Shown one piece after another: positions 54,495-63,793 of a stretch of 64,000 nt of DNA. The stretch covers positions 16,987 to 80,986 of the forward strand of contig CAYOHP010000008.1 of the NCBI GenBank assembly GCA_964403795.1, read 5' to 3'. The stretch comes from an uncultured bacterium. Lineage in GTDB: Bacteria > Muiribacteriota > UBA6191 > CAZXTJ01 > CAYOHP01. The stretch's first letter is position 1. Each line of letters starts with the position of its first letter. The notes below the pieces were generated by a model, which was given only the letters and a program-made list of their open reading frames with translations, searched no databases and had not been told where the DNA came from. The position numbers were made by a program, and so were the translations under genes.

Positions 54495-55482
54495 CATGCA
54501 GAGCCCCAGCACGTCGACACCGGAGAACGGCACCCCCCTGGTGGTGGGCGCCGGCGGGGTCGGCCTGCTGCTCGCCCACCTGCTGTCGAGCCAAGGACCT
54601 CCCTCCCCGGAGGTCCCGGCGGTCCGGGTCCTGGGTCGGGGCGAAACCCTGGAGCGCCTCCGGTCCGAAGGCTTCGTGGCCTTCGACGCGGGCGTCCACA
54701 CCCATCGGCCCGAAGCCCAGGATTGGGAGGACTGGCACCGGGACCCGCGCGTCGGTCCGGTGCTGGTAGCGGTCAAGGCGGGCGACCTCGAGGCGGTCCT
54801 CAGGAGCCTGGCCCTGCGTCCCGAGGGGATCTCCTGCCTCTACCTCCTCCAGAACGGCCTGGGCATCCTGGAACTCGCCCGCTCCCTCCTCCCGGACGTC
54901 CCCACGGTGAGGGTGAGCTGTTACACGGGAGTCGCCCGCGAGGGCCGCAACACCATCCGGGTCCTGGGCCGGGGTCCCTTCCGGATCGCCGCCGAAGGAG
55001 CCGGCCGCTCCCACCTGGGGTGGCTGCCGGCACGCCTCGAACCCACCGGGTTCACCGTCCAGGTGGTCGGATCCCCGCATCGCATGGAGTGGGAGAAGGC
55101 GATGTTGAACCTGGTGGTGAACGGCATCTGTTCCGTGCTGGCGGCACCCAACGGAGCGGTCCTCGAGTCCCCCGAGCTGGTGGAACTGGCGCGCGAGCTC
55201 GTGCGCGAGTGCGTGGCGGTAGCCGCCAGCCGCGGGGTGCGCGTCAAGAAGGACATCGAGGAAGCGGTCCTGGAGGCGATCGCCCGGGTCGCGGGCAACC
55301 TGAACTCGACCCTCCAGGACCTGCGGGCCGGTCAGCCCACCGAGCTCGACTTCCTCCACCACCGGGTCGTCGCCTGGGCCGAGGAAGGCGGCATCCCCTG
55401 CCCCGTGACCCGGACCCTGCTCCGGCTGGTGCGGTCCCACGAGACGAGCCGGCGACTGGCGGAGCCCCGGGTCACAGCATGA
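54495..55482 (+). CDS. panE: 2-dehydropantoate 2-reductase (ketopantoate reductase, ApbA/PanE family).
   Basis: N-terminal Rossmann motif VVGAGGVGLLLAHLL. ApbA central and C-terminal regions (LQNGLG...NxxxN-like NLVVNGICSVLAAPNGAV, and the ApbA_C helices). Confidence 0.7.
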
Positions 55483-56863
55483 GCAGCGGGCGCTGGTTGG
55501 CGAAGATCTCGACCGAGCCGTCGGAGCTGACCATCAGGGCGACCCCGACCCGGCTCGCCTCCCGGCAAGCCTGGTAGCGCGCTCCCCGATGGCTGGTACG
55601 CGCCTCCGAGGAGAGCTTCACGATCGCACCGTAGGCCAGGCAGCTTCCCTTGGCGTCGAGGATCACCGAACCGTCCAGCGAGGCCAGGTCGCAGAGGACC
55701 TCTCGGGGGACCTTGGTCACGTCGTGCTGCACGAACCCGATGTCCAGGCCCCGGTCCGAGATGTGGCGGTCGGGGTACTCGAGGCGCTGGTCGGGATCGA
55801 TGAGCGGCGTCGGCTCGGCACCCGAGGGCAGGATCACGAACAGGCCGCCCCGGCGCTGGAAGCTCATGTCCAGGGCCGCCGAGTAGATGTGGTGGGCGAT
55901 CTCGGCCACCCGCCGCTCGTCGTGGGGCATGCCCTGGATGGCGCGGCGCAGCACCGCTGCGTTCTCGATGTGGTTCCAGACCTGCCACTGGCCCTGGGAG
56001 AGGGACGCCACCATGGTCCCCTTGTGCAGGCAGACGATGTCGCCGTGCTCGCTCAACCCGATCGCCAGGCTGGCCCGGACCGAGGCGCGCCCCAGGGCCT
56101 CGAAGCTGCGCGGCCGGTAGACCCTGAGGTCCCGGTCCCGCTGGTACCGGTCCTCGGTGATCGACATCAGGCCCAGGACCTTGCCCTCGCGATCCAGGCG
56201 CAGCGCGGTGTTGCGCCCGTCGGTCACGGCCAGGTAGCGGCGGTTCTCCAGGACGTCGAGCGGGAAGGTCCCCCGTCCCCCGGTACGCCGGCTGACGATC
56301 ACCCCGTAGGAGATCTTGGAGTTCTCGTAGGTCTGCTGGGAGATGCTCCGCAGGTGGAGCAGCATCGGGGTGGGATCGAAGCGCAGCTTGGCGACGCTCC
56401 AGACGTAGCGGGCCACCGACAGCGATCCGATGTCGATGTGGAACGGCAGGATGTCGGTGCGCCGGCGCTGGCTCACCGCCAGGCGGGAGACCGTCGAGAG
56501 GCTTTCCACCAGGGTACCGACGAAGTCCGCGAAGGACCGGAGCGCCTCCCGGTCGAGGCGCGGGATCGGGACCCCGGCGAGCGTCCCCACCTTGCAGGCG
56601 ATCCCCTTGCCCTCGCCGAGCCGGACCCGCACCCGGAGGACGGCACGATCCCGCTTGTAGACGGTGATGTCGCCGAACTCGCCGCGTCGGGGGGGGTTGG
56701 ACTGGGTCCACATCCCGAAGCTCAGATGGGGGAACGGGCGTTGCAACGACGTCAGCAGTGAGACCATCTGCTGAAGATCGAAGATCTCCTTGATGGATTC
56801 CTTGGTGCGTTCACCGAGGACGACATCGCCCGACATGGCCCAGCTCCAGCCCGCGCCAAGCAT
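55472..56863 (-). CDS. Protein with a C-terminal diadenylate-cyclase (DAC/DisA_N) fold whose catalytic motifs are substituted. The N-terminal ~330 aa are an unknown domain.
   Basis: The C-terminal 130 aa align motif-by-motif with DisA/CdaA DAC domains. RRGGLFVIL matches the GGLIVVG/RKIGALIVI region. LDGSVIL stands where the DGA motif would be. GARYQACREASRVGVALMVSSDGSVEIF matches [24 protein letters not shown] in B. subtilis DisA. The canonical T-R-H-R appears here as A-R-Y-Q. Start is at ATG 56863 or 56836. Confidence 0.6.
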   Translation of the reverse strand: MLGAGWSWAMSGDVVLGERTKESIKEIFDLQQMVSLLTSLQRPFPHLSFGMWTQSNPPRRGEFGDITVYKRDRAVLRVRVRLGEGKGIACKVGTLAGVPIPRLDREALRSFADFVGTLVESLSTVSRLAVSQRRRTDILPFHIDIGSLSVARYVWSVAKLRFDPTPMLLHLRSISQQTYENSKISYGVIVSRRTGGRGTFPLDVLENRRYLAVTDGRNTALRLDREGKVLGLMSITEDRYQRDRDLRVYRPRSFEALGRASVRASLAIGLSEHGDIVCLHKGTMVASLSQGQWQVWNHIENAAVLRRAIQGMPHDERRVAEIAHHIYSAALDMSFQRRGGLFVILPSGAEPTPLIDPDQRLEYPDRHISDRGLDIGFVQHDVTKVPREVLCDLASLDGSVILDAKGSCLAYGAIVKLSSEARTSHRGARYQACREASRVGVALMVSSDGSVEIFANQRPLLML

Positions 56864-57001
56864 AGAGCCCGGGAGTCGACGGGAGTCGAGGGATCTGATC
56901 CGGCCCGATCCTGGTCCCTCGACCCGACAATTCGTGGCCGCCCGGAGCCGGGATCCGGGAGGTCCACCGGTGCCGACCGCGGTCGCCCGGCGACCACCCG
57001 G

Positions 57002-59056
57002 CTAGCGGGAACAGCAGCCTGCGGATTCCTCGCAGGCGGGCTCCTCGGGGACGGCCTCCGGCTCGCACCCATGCTCGTGGCTGCAGCCATGGTCATGGCG
57101 GACGCTGGGCACCGCCTCGGGGCACTCGTGACCGTGGTGCCCGTCGTGGGGATCGGTCGGGGTCGCCTCGGCCGCGCAGCAGCCCTCCGTCGAACCGCCG
57201 AAGGGCAGGTCGTCCAACCGGATCACCTGCTTGAGGAGGCCCCGAGGTCCCTGGCGGAGCAGGGCCGAGAGGAAGGCCAGGGTCAGCACGATCCCGGCCG
57301 CCAGCTGCCAAGGTCCCGGCTCGTGGTGGCCGGCCCCCGGTACCCCGGCCACCGCGGAAGCCCGGATCCCGGGTACGAGTTCGACCGCCAGGCCCGCCAC
57401 CAGGCAGGTCCCGATCACCGTGACCACGAAGAGGGCGGCGGTGCCGAACCCGTGCATGCGCCGCAGCACCGCGAAGGTCGTCAGGTTGGTGGCCGGACCG
57501 GTGAGGAGGAAGGCCAGCACCGCCCCCGGTGCCAGGCCCTTCTGCAGCAGGACGGCCGCGATCGGGGTCGCGCCCGAGGCACAGACGTAGACCGGCATCC
57601 CGACCAGGGTCATCACCAGGATCTGCTCCAGGACACCGAGGCCGGCCAGGGATTCGAGCGAGAGATGGGGTTGGATCAAGGCGGCGACCCCCAGCCCCAC
57701 CAGGATCCAGGGACCGGTATGGTCGACCAGCTCCACCATCCCGTACCGGAACGCGACTCCCAGCCTTCCCCCGGAACCCGGGTGGAGCGAAGGGGAGATC
57801 GGATCGCCCTCGTGGACCCCGCCCGCGGCGCGGTCGGGCACCTCGGGGGACCAGGCGGAGACCAGGAGTCCGGTCCCGAGGGCCACGCCCACCGCGGCCA
57901 CCAGCCTCACCAGGGTGAACTGCGTCCCGAGCAGGGGGACCGAGAGCAGCAGGGCATCGATGCCGAGCTCGGGAGTGGCGACCAGGAAAGCGATGGCGGC
58001 GGCCATCGGCGCTCCCCTCGACACCAGACCCTGGTACACGGGCACCACGCCGCAGGAACAGATCGGGAGGGGCAGCCCGAAGACCATCCCCTTCATCGCC
58101 TGGCGGAAGCGGCCGCCCGAGCGCAGCCAGGCGATCCCTGCCTCGGGGAGCATCGCATGCACCAGGCCCGCCGCCAGGAAGCCGAGGAGCAGCGCCGGGG
58201 CACTCTCGAGGAAGAGGTGGCGGAAGGCCTCGAGGGCACCGGGACCCTCGTGGTCGTGGCCCATCAGGAACAGGGCTCCCACCGCCAGCAGGGCCCCGGT
58301 ACCGGCCCAGTGGGGGCAGTTGTGGGTCCGCTCCGAGAAGCCCTCGGGACCGGTCTGGTGGAGGATCACGTGGAGCACGCCGCCGGCCACCAGGGCGGCC
58401 ATCATCCCGCCCGCGACGCCGTGGAGCGGCAGGGAGTCGCCCATCCCGGCATAGCCGACGGCGGTGCTGGCGGCGATCGCGGCCAGGGCCGCGCCCGCGT
58501 ACAGGACGCCGAAGGCCGGACGCAGGGCCCACCAGACGAGCAGCCCGACCGGCAGGCGATGGATCACGATGCCGGCCACCACCGCATTCGAGAGGTCGGG
58601 GCCCAGGCCGCCGGCACCTCCGGCGGCCGCGGCCAGGGCGGCACCGTCCAGGGCGCTGTGCAGAGCCAGACCCAGGGCCGCCAGCGCCAGCACCAGCCGG
58701 TGGCGGGTTCCCAGGGGGCCGGAGACCCGACGCTCGGCCCAGGTCGGCAGCAGCAGTCCGGCCGTGAAGGGAAGGACGGCGAGGACCCCGGCCTCGGCCA
58801 GGGCATCGGGGAGCAGGTGCCCGAAGCAGAGCCCCAGGATGGACACCAGCACGAACCCGTCGAGCAGCTGGAGGCCCATGGCGCTGCCCCGGAGGATCCA
58901 TCCCATGAGCGGCCCGCACGCCAGCACCACCGTCGAAAGGATGAGCCCGGTCAACAGAACGCCTCCGGGCTCCAGGTTACCCCGTGGATCGGCTGCCGGT
59001 CCGCTTCTCCGGTGGCGGGCACCTCGGGCCCCCCCGACGGTCCGTCGTGCTAGCAT
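57002..59056 (-). CDS. Metal-ion permease. It has a DUF318/ArsP-type core with a CSC motif and a His/Cys-rich cytoplasmic tail. The N-terminal half may be ZIP-like.
   Basis: About 14 TM helices. GLPLPICSCGVVPV is the hallmark CxC motif of the UPF0718/ArsP (SO_0444-type) permeases. The C-terminus HDGHHGHECPEAVPSVRHDHGCSHEHGCEPE...CCS is a metal-binding tail. The N-terminal helices carry HSALDGAAL and IVIHRLPVGLL, which resemble ZIP-family metal sites. ATG proposed at 59054-59056. Confidence 0.6.
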   Translation of the reverse strand: MLARRTVGGARGARHRRSGPAADPRGNLEPGGVLLTGLILSTVVLACGPLMGWILRGSAMGLQLLDGFVLVSILGLCFGHLLPDALAEAGVLAVLPFTAGLLLPTWAERRVSGPLGTRHRLVLALAALGLALHSALDGAALAAAAGGAGGLGPDLSNAVVAGIVIHRLPVGLLVWWALRPAFGVLYAGAALAAIAASTAVGYAGMGDSLPLHGVAGGMMAALVAGGVLHVILHQTGPEGFSERTHNCPHWAGTGALLAVGALFLMGHDHEGPGALEAFRHLFLESAPALLLGFLAAGLVHAMLPEAGIAWLRSGGRFRQAMKGMVFGLPLPICSCGVVPVYQGLVSRGAPMAAAIAFLVATPELGIDALLLSVPLLGTQFTLVRLVAAVGVALGTGLLVSAWSPEVPDRAAGGVHEGDPISPSLHPGSGGRLGVAFRYGMVELVDHTGPWILVGLGVAALIQPHLSLESLAGLGVLEQILVMTLVGMPVYVCASGATPIAAVLLQKGLAPGAVLAFLLTGPATNLTTFAVLRRMHGFGTAALFVVTVIGTCLVAGLAVELVPGIRASAVAGVPGAGHHEPGPWQLAAGIVLTLAFLSALLRQGPRGLLKQVIRLDDLPFGGSTEGCCAAEATPTDPHDGHHGHECPEAVPSVRHDHGCSHEHGCEPEAVPEEPACEESAGCCSR

Positions 59057-59110
59057 CCGGCCCAGGCGACGCGCCCGCCACCGATCGGCGCGTGCCCCGT
59101 CAGGACCCCG

Positions 59111-60559
59111 ATGGAGACCCCGATCGCAGGCCGCCGTCCCCAGCGGGCCGCGACCGCCACCAAGGCCTTCGGAACCGGCCGGCGCGAGAGCCACGACGCG
59201 TCCCCGTTCTACGCCCGCTTCGAAGCTCCCGAGATGCGCCGGTCCGACGACCTCGACCCGGAGCCCCGGAGGGTGTCCGAGCCATGCGTCCTGGGCGACT
59301 CCCGTCGGCTCCTCGACCATGTGCGCCCGGCTTCGGTGGCGCTGGTGGTGACCTCACCTCCCTACTTCGCCGGCAAGGAGTACGAGCTGGCGCTCGGCCA
59401 GGGGCACATCCCCGGTTCCTACCTCGAGTACCTCGGGATGCTCCGGGACGTGTTCGCGGCCTCGGTCGAGGCCTTGGAACCGGGAGGCCGGATCGCCGTC
59501 AACGTCGCCAACCTGGGCCGCCGCCCCTACCGCAGCCTCTCGGCGGACGTGATCCGCATCTTCGAGGACCTGGGCCTGCTGCTCCGGGGCGAGGTGATCT
59601 GGCAGAAGGCCCAGGGGGCCACCGGGAGCTGCGCCTGGGGCTCCTTCCGCAGCCCGGTGAACCCGGTGCTCCGGGATCTCTCGGAGCGGGTGGTGATCGC
59701 CAGCAAGTGGCGGTTCGACCGGGCCGTCGCACCCGCTCTGCGGCAGGCCCGCGGCCTGCCCTGGGAAGGCTCGCTCACCGCCGACGAGTTCATGGAGGCC
59801 ACCCTCGACGTCTGGAACCTCCCCCCCGAGAGCGCCCGCAAGGTGGGTCACCCGGCGCCGTTCCCGGTCGCCCTCCCCCAGCGCCTCATCGACCTCTACA
59901 CCTACAAGGGCGACATCGTCCTCGATCCCTTCATGGGTGCGGGGAGCACCCTGGTGGCGGCGAAGCGGTCCGGGAGGCTGGGCATCGGCTTCGACACCGA
60001 CCCGGCCTACGTGGAGCTGGCCCGGGACCGCCTGCGGGACGAGCCACGCGAGCCGGGCGGGGCTCTCCACGACCGCGCGGCCGCCTCGGGACAGCCGGTC
60101 CGGACCCTGGCCGAATCGCTCCTCCGGGAGGCCGGCTTCGAGATCCTGGCGACCCGGACGCCGGTGCCGAAGTCCGGGGTGGCCCCCGATTTCGTCCTCC
60201 GCAGCACCGACGGGGGAGAGTGGTTCGCGGACCTCACCGGTTCGGTCACGGCCCGTCCGCGCTCCGGCCTCTCGACCCTGGAGACCGCCGCGGCCGCGGT
60301 GGGGCGGGCCGCGGCCCTGGCGGCTCGGGCCCCTGGCAAGCCGGTGCTGCTGCTGTCCACCGACGTTCCCTCCAAGGGGCCCGCAGCCCAGCTGCTCACC
60401 TCGGTAGGTCCCGGGATCGTGTTCGACGTCCTCGACCTGGGGTCGTCGGCAGCCCTTCAGCGTCTGGCCCGCTATGCCGCCGAGGGCGCCGAGGCCGGGC
60501 CCATTCCCGGATTCTGGAGAGGGCGCGACTTCGGACCCGGGGTCAGGTTCCGATTGTGA
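59111..60559 (+). CDS. DNA methyltransferase of the β-class (N6-adenine or N4-cytosine) with a ~180-aa C-terminal extension of unknown function.
   Basis: Motif IV VVTSPPYF precedes motif I VLDPFMGAGSTLVAA, which is the β-class order. The N-terminus may instead begin at the internal ATG near 59234. No restriction endonuclease gene is evident nearby. Confidence 0.7.
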   Translation: METPIAGRRPQRAATATKAFGTGRRESHDASPFYARFEAPEMRRSDDLDPEPRRVSEPCVLGDSRRLLDHVRPASVALVVTSPPYFAGKEYELALGQGHIPGSYLEYLGMLRDVFAASVEALEPGGRIAVNVANLGRRPYRSLSADVIRIFEDLGLLLRGEVIWQKAQGATGSCAWGSFRSPVNPVLRDLSERVVIASKWRFDRAVAPALRQARGLPWEGSLTADEFMEATLDVWNLPPESARKVGHPAPFPVALPQRLIDLYTYKGDIVLDPFMGAGSTLVAAKRSGRLGIGFDTDPAYVELARDRLRDEPREPGGALHDRAAASGQPVRTLAESLLREAGFEILATRTPVPKSGVAPDFVLRSTDGGEWFADLTGSVTARPRSGLSTLETAAAAVGRAAALAARAPGKPVLLLSTDVPSKGPAAQLLTSVGPGIVFDVLDLGSSAALQRLARYAAEGAEAGPIPGFWRGRDFGPGVRFRL

Positions 60560-60972
60560 GTTCCTCCTCCCCATCCCCGGGCCCCGATCCGGACCGCGAC
60601 CTCGCCTCCGCCCGTCGCTGGATCGCGGCCGGAGCCCTGTTGGCAGCCGCCGGGGTGGCGCTCGGCGCCTTCGGCGCCCATGGCCTGCGGACCCGGGTGA
60701 CTCCCCGGGACCTGGAGATCTTCGAGACCGCGGTCCGCTACCAGCTCGTGCATGCCCTGGGCATCCTCGCCTGCGGCACCCTGCTCTCGCTGCCGCGCCC
60801 GGTGCCGGCCGGGACCGCGGCCGCCTGGCTGGTGCTCGGGATCGTTCTCTTCTCGGGGAGCCTCTACCTGCTGGTCGGGACCGGGATCCGCCAGCTGGGC
60901 ATGGTCACTCCCCTGGGTGGGACGGCTTTCCTGGTGGGATGGATCCTGCTCGCCCGGGCTGCCCTGCGCTGA
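60556..60972 (+). CDS. DUF423-family small membrane protein (YgdD/TMEM256-like).
   Basis: Four-helix membrane protein with the characteristic GAFGAHGL...FETAVRYQLVHAL motif. The GTG overlaps the methyltransferase stop (GTGA). Confidence 0.6.
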   Translation: MSSSSPSPGPDPDRDLASARRWIAAGALLAAAGVALGAFGAHGLRTRVTPRDLEIFETAVRYQLVHALGILACGTLLSLPRPVPAGTAAAWLVLGIVLFSGSLYLLVGTGIRQLGMVTPLGGTAFLVGWILLARAALR

Positions 60973-60993
60973 GCCCCTGAGGTCCGGCCGACC

Positions 60994-61431
60994 TCAGGTC
61001 CGGCCGGAACCGGATCCCTGGCGGCGGGGTTCGGAGCCGGCCCCGGAAGCGCGACCGAAGCGCTTCGCCATCCAACCCTCCAGGGCCCGCACGGCCGCCT
61101 CGGCCACCGGCGCCATGCGAGCCGCCTGGGACCGGGATTGGGCGAACTCCGAAGCGCGGGCCAGGGTCTCGATCCGGTCCGCCTCGGCGCGCAGGCGCCG
61201 GACCCCCAGGTTCCCGGCCGAGGACTTCAACCCGTGGGCGGCCCGGACCAGATCCTCCCCGCCGTCGCCCTCGGCGGCGCGGACGACGGCCGCCACCCGC
61301 ACCGGAAGGTCGCGCTCGAAGATGTCGACGAGCTCCCGGAGGATCCGGGGAGCATCCTCCCCGAAGGCTTCGGCCAACTCGTCCAGACGTTCCAGATCAA
61401 GCTCCGCGGACGCGTCCGCCGGATCTCCCAT
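60994..61431 (-). CDS. Stand-alone histidine phosphotransfer (Hpt) domain protein.
   Basis: Hpt consensus (AAHGLKSSAGNLG with the phosphorylatable His) in a 145-aa all-helical protein. Confidence 0.7.
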   Translation of the reverse strand: MGDPADASAELDLERLDELAEAFGEDAPRILRELVDIFERDLPVRVAAVVRAAEGDGGEDLVRAAHGLKSSAGNLGVRRLRAEADRIETLARASEFAQSRSQAARMAPVAEAAVRALEGWMAKRFGRASGAGSEPRRQGSGSGRT

Positions 61432-61556
61432 GCCCCCACGCCCCCTCCGGCCGACACCTTGGGAGCCCGTCGAACCTAGAACCCCTGGCCGGGCTCTGCT
61501 AGTGTAGCCGTGCTCATCGTACCCCAGATCAAGGCGCGAGACGAGAGGAGAGGGTC

Positions 61557-62543
61557 ATGTCCAAGACGGTACGGGTCGCCGTGACCGGTGCGGCCGGCCA
61601 GATCGGTTACCAGCTTCTGTTCCGGATCGCCTCCGGGGAGATCTTCGGCCGGAATACCCCCGTGGCCCTGAACCTGGTCGAGGTCGAAGGCGCCCTCAAG
61701 TCCCTCCAGGGCGTCGTCATGGAGCTCGACGACTGCGCCTTCCCGCTCCTGCAGGACGTGGTGGTCACCGCCGACCCCAAGGTGGGCTTCCAGGACGTGA
61801 ACTGGGCCCTGCTGGTCGGCGCCGCGCCCCGCAAGCAGGGCATGGAGCGCAAGGACCTGATCCGCATCAACGGTCCCATCTTCGTGGGTCAGGGTCGGGC
61901 CCTGGCCGAGAAGGCGGCGAGCGACGTCCGGGTCCTGGTGGTCGGCAATCCCTGCAATACCAACTGCCTGATCGCCCGCAACGCCGGCAGCTCGATCCCG
62001 GCGGACCGCTGGTTCGCCATGACCCGCCTCGACGAGAACCGGGCCCGCAGCCAGCTCGCCAAGAAGGCCGGGGTCCCGGTCTACGCGGTCAGCAACATGG
62101 CGATCTGGGGCAACCACTCGACCACCCAGTATCCCGACTTCTTCCACGCCCGCATCCACGGACAGCCGGTGCCCGAGGTGATCCAGGACCATGATTGGCT
62201 CCGGACCACCTTCGTCTCCACGGTCCAGAAGCGGGGCGCGGCGGTGATCGAGGCCCGGGGCGCCTCCTCGGCGGCCTCGGCGGCCAACGCCGCGCTCGAC
62301 ACCGTGAAGTCGCTGGAATCCCCCACCCGCAGCGGCGAGTGGCACAGCGTGGCGGTCGTCAGCGACGGCTCCTACGACGTGGAAGAGGGCCTGGTCTGCG
62401 GCTTCCCGGTCCGCACCACGAGCGGCGGCTGGGAGATCGTGCAGGGCCTGGCCCTGGGCGAGTTCGGGCGCCAGAAGCTGGACGCCTCGCTCGCCGAGCT
62501 CCGCGAGGAGCGCACCGCGGTCGCCGACCTGCTGCAGGGCTGA
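61557..62543 (+). CDS. mdh: Malate dehydrogenase (NAD-dependent, LDH-like 'type 2' MDH).
   Basis: [16 protein letters not shown] (Rossmann), the catalytic region [10 protein letters not shown]...MTRLDENRA, and [28 protein letters not shown] is upstream. Confidence 0.9.
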   Translation: MSKTVRVAVTGAAGQIGYQLLFRIASGEIFGRNTPVALNLVEVEGALKSLQGVVMELDDCAFPLLQDVVVTADPKVGFQDVNWALLVGAAPRKQGMERKDLIRINGPIFVGQGRALAEKAASDVRVLVVGNPCNTNCLIARNAGSSIPADRWFAMTRLDENRARSQLAKKAGVPVYAVSNMAIWGNHSTTQYPDFFHARIHGQPVPEVIQDHDWLRTTFVSTVQKRGAAVIEARGASSAASAANAALDTVKSLESPTRSGEWHSVAVVSDGSYDVEEGLVCGFPVRTTSGGWEIVQGLALGEFGRQKLDASLAELREERTAVADLLQG

Positions 62544-62610
62544 GGGTGTCGGGGGGCTGGGGCGATCCCCCAACCCCCCGGCTCGCTCCGCTCGCGGGTG
62601 AGTGGCTGCC

Positions 62611-63711
62611 CTAATTCCCCGCCAGGGACTCGGTCTCCTTGGCGATGTCGCCCTTCCACATGGCGCCGTCGCGGTTGGTCTGGCCGGCCTTCTCGCGCTT
62701 GGCCTTGCGCTGGCGCTCGACCAGGTCGGCGTGGGTGGAGAAGTAGGGCAGCGCCTTGCCGACCATCTCGGCGACGCTCCGGAACCCCATCTCCTTCATG
62801 TAGCCGGCCAGGCCTTCCTGGAGGCCGGCGATCATCTCGTAGCCCTGGAGCATGGCCCCGGTGCAGATCTGCACGGTGCTCGAACCCATGAACAGGAACT
62901 GGACGCAGTCCTCCCAGGTCTCGGCCCCGCCCATGCCGGAGATCGGGGTGTCGGGGAGCGCCTTGGCGATCTCCATGACCTGGCGCAGGGCGATCGGCCG
63001 GACCGCCTGGCCCGAGTACCCGCCCGGCACCGTGTAGCCCTCGACGGTCGGCATGGGCCGGAGGGTCTTCAGGTCGATCCCGATCACGCACAGGATCGTG
63101 TTGATGGCCGAGATGCCGTCTGCCCCGCCCTTCACGGCTGCGGCGGCCGGCTCGGCGATGTGCCCGACGTTGGGGGTCATCTTCGCCCAGACCGGGATCT
63201 TGGCGACTTCCTTCACCCAGCCGGTCACTTCCTCGACCAGCGAGCAGTCCTCGCCCATCGCCATGCCCATCTTGCGCTCGGGCAGGCCGTGGGGACACGA
63301 GAGGTTCAGCTCGAAGGCATCGACCCCGGTGGCCTGGGTCCGCTCCGCGATCTCCTGCCAGGCCCCCTTCGAGTACTCCTCCATGATCGAGGCGACCAGG
63401 ATGTGGTCGGGGTGCTTCTGCTTGCACTCCGCCAGGTCGTCAAGCCAGGCCTCGAAGGGGCGGTCGGAGATCAGCTCGATGTTCTCGAACCCGATCACCG
63501 CCTCGTCGGTCCGGCTCTTCAGCCGGGCGTAGCGGGGGACCGTGTTCACGACCTTGGAGTTGTCGAGGCTGATGGTCTTGCAGACGATCCCGCCCCACCC
63601 CAGGTCGAAGGAGCGGCTGATCACCTTGCCGTTGGTCCCCGGGGGGCCCGAACCGAGCACGAACGGGTTCGGGAACTTCATGCCGTTGACCACGATGCCG
63701 AGATCGGTCAT
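62611..63711 (-). CDS. Dihydroorotate-dehydrogenase-family flavoprotein (PyrD/PreA-like TIM-barrel).
   Basis: NPFVLGSGP, GGIVCKTISL, ELNLSCPH (catalytic Cys/Ser region), GISAINT and GMGGAETWED are DHOD/DHPD family motifs. There are no ferredoxin-type Cys clusters. ATG at 63709-63711. The 5' part of ORF 62611..63858 is noise. Confidence 0.7.
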   Translation of the reverse strand: MTDLGIVVNGMKFPNPFVLGSGPPGTNGKVISRSFDLGWGGIVCKTISLDNSKVVNTVPRYARLKSRTDEAVIGFENIELISDRPFEAWLDDLAECKQKHPDHILVASIMEEYSKGAWQEIAERTQATGVDAFELNLSCPHGLPERKMGMAMGEDCSLVEEVTGWVKEVAKIPVWAKMTPNVGHIAEPAAAAVKGGADGISAINTILCVIGIDLKTLRPMPTVEGYTVPGGYSGQAVRPIALRQVMEIAKALPDTPISGMGGAETWEDCVQFLFMGSSTVQICTGAMLQGYEMIAGLQEGLAGYMKEMGFRSVAEMVGKALPYFSTHADLVERQRKAKREKAGQTNRDGAMWKGDIAKETESLAGN

Positions 63712-63793
63712 GCCTCGCCCCTTTCCGGCCCCCCGAGGCGATCGCCTCGTCGAGGACTCATGCATTCCCCGGACGGTCCGGTCCCTCAGTCCG

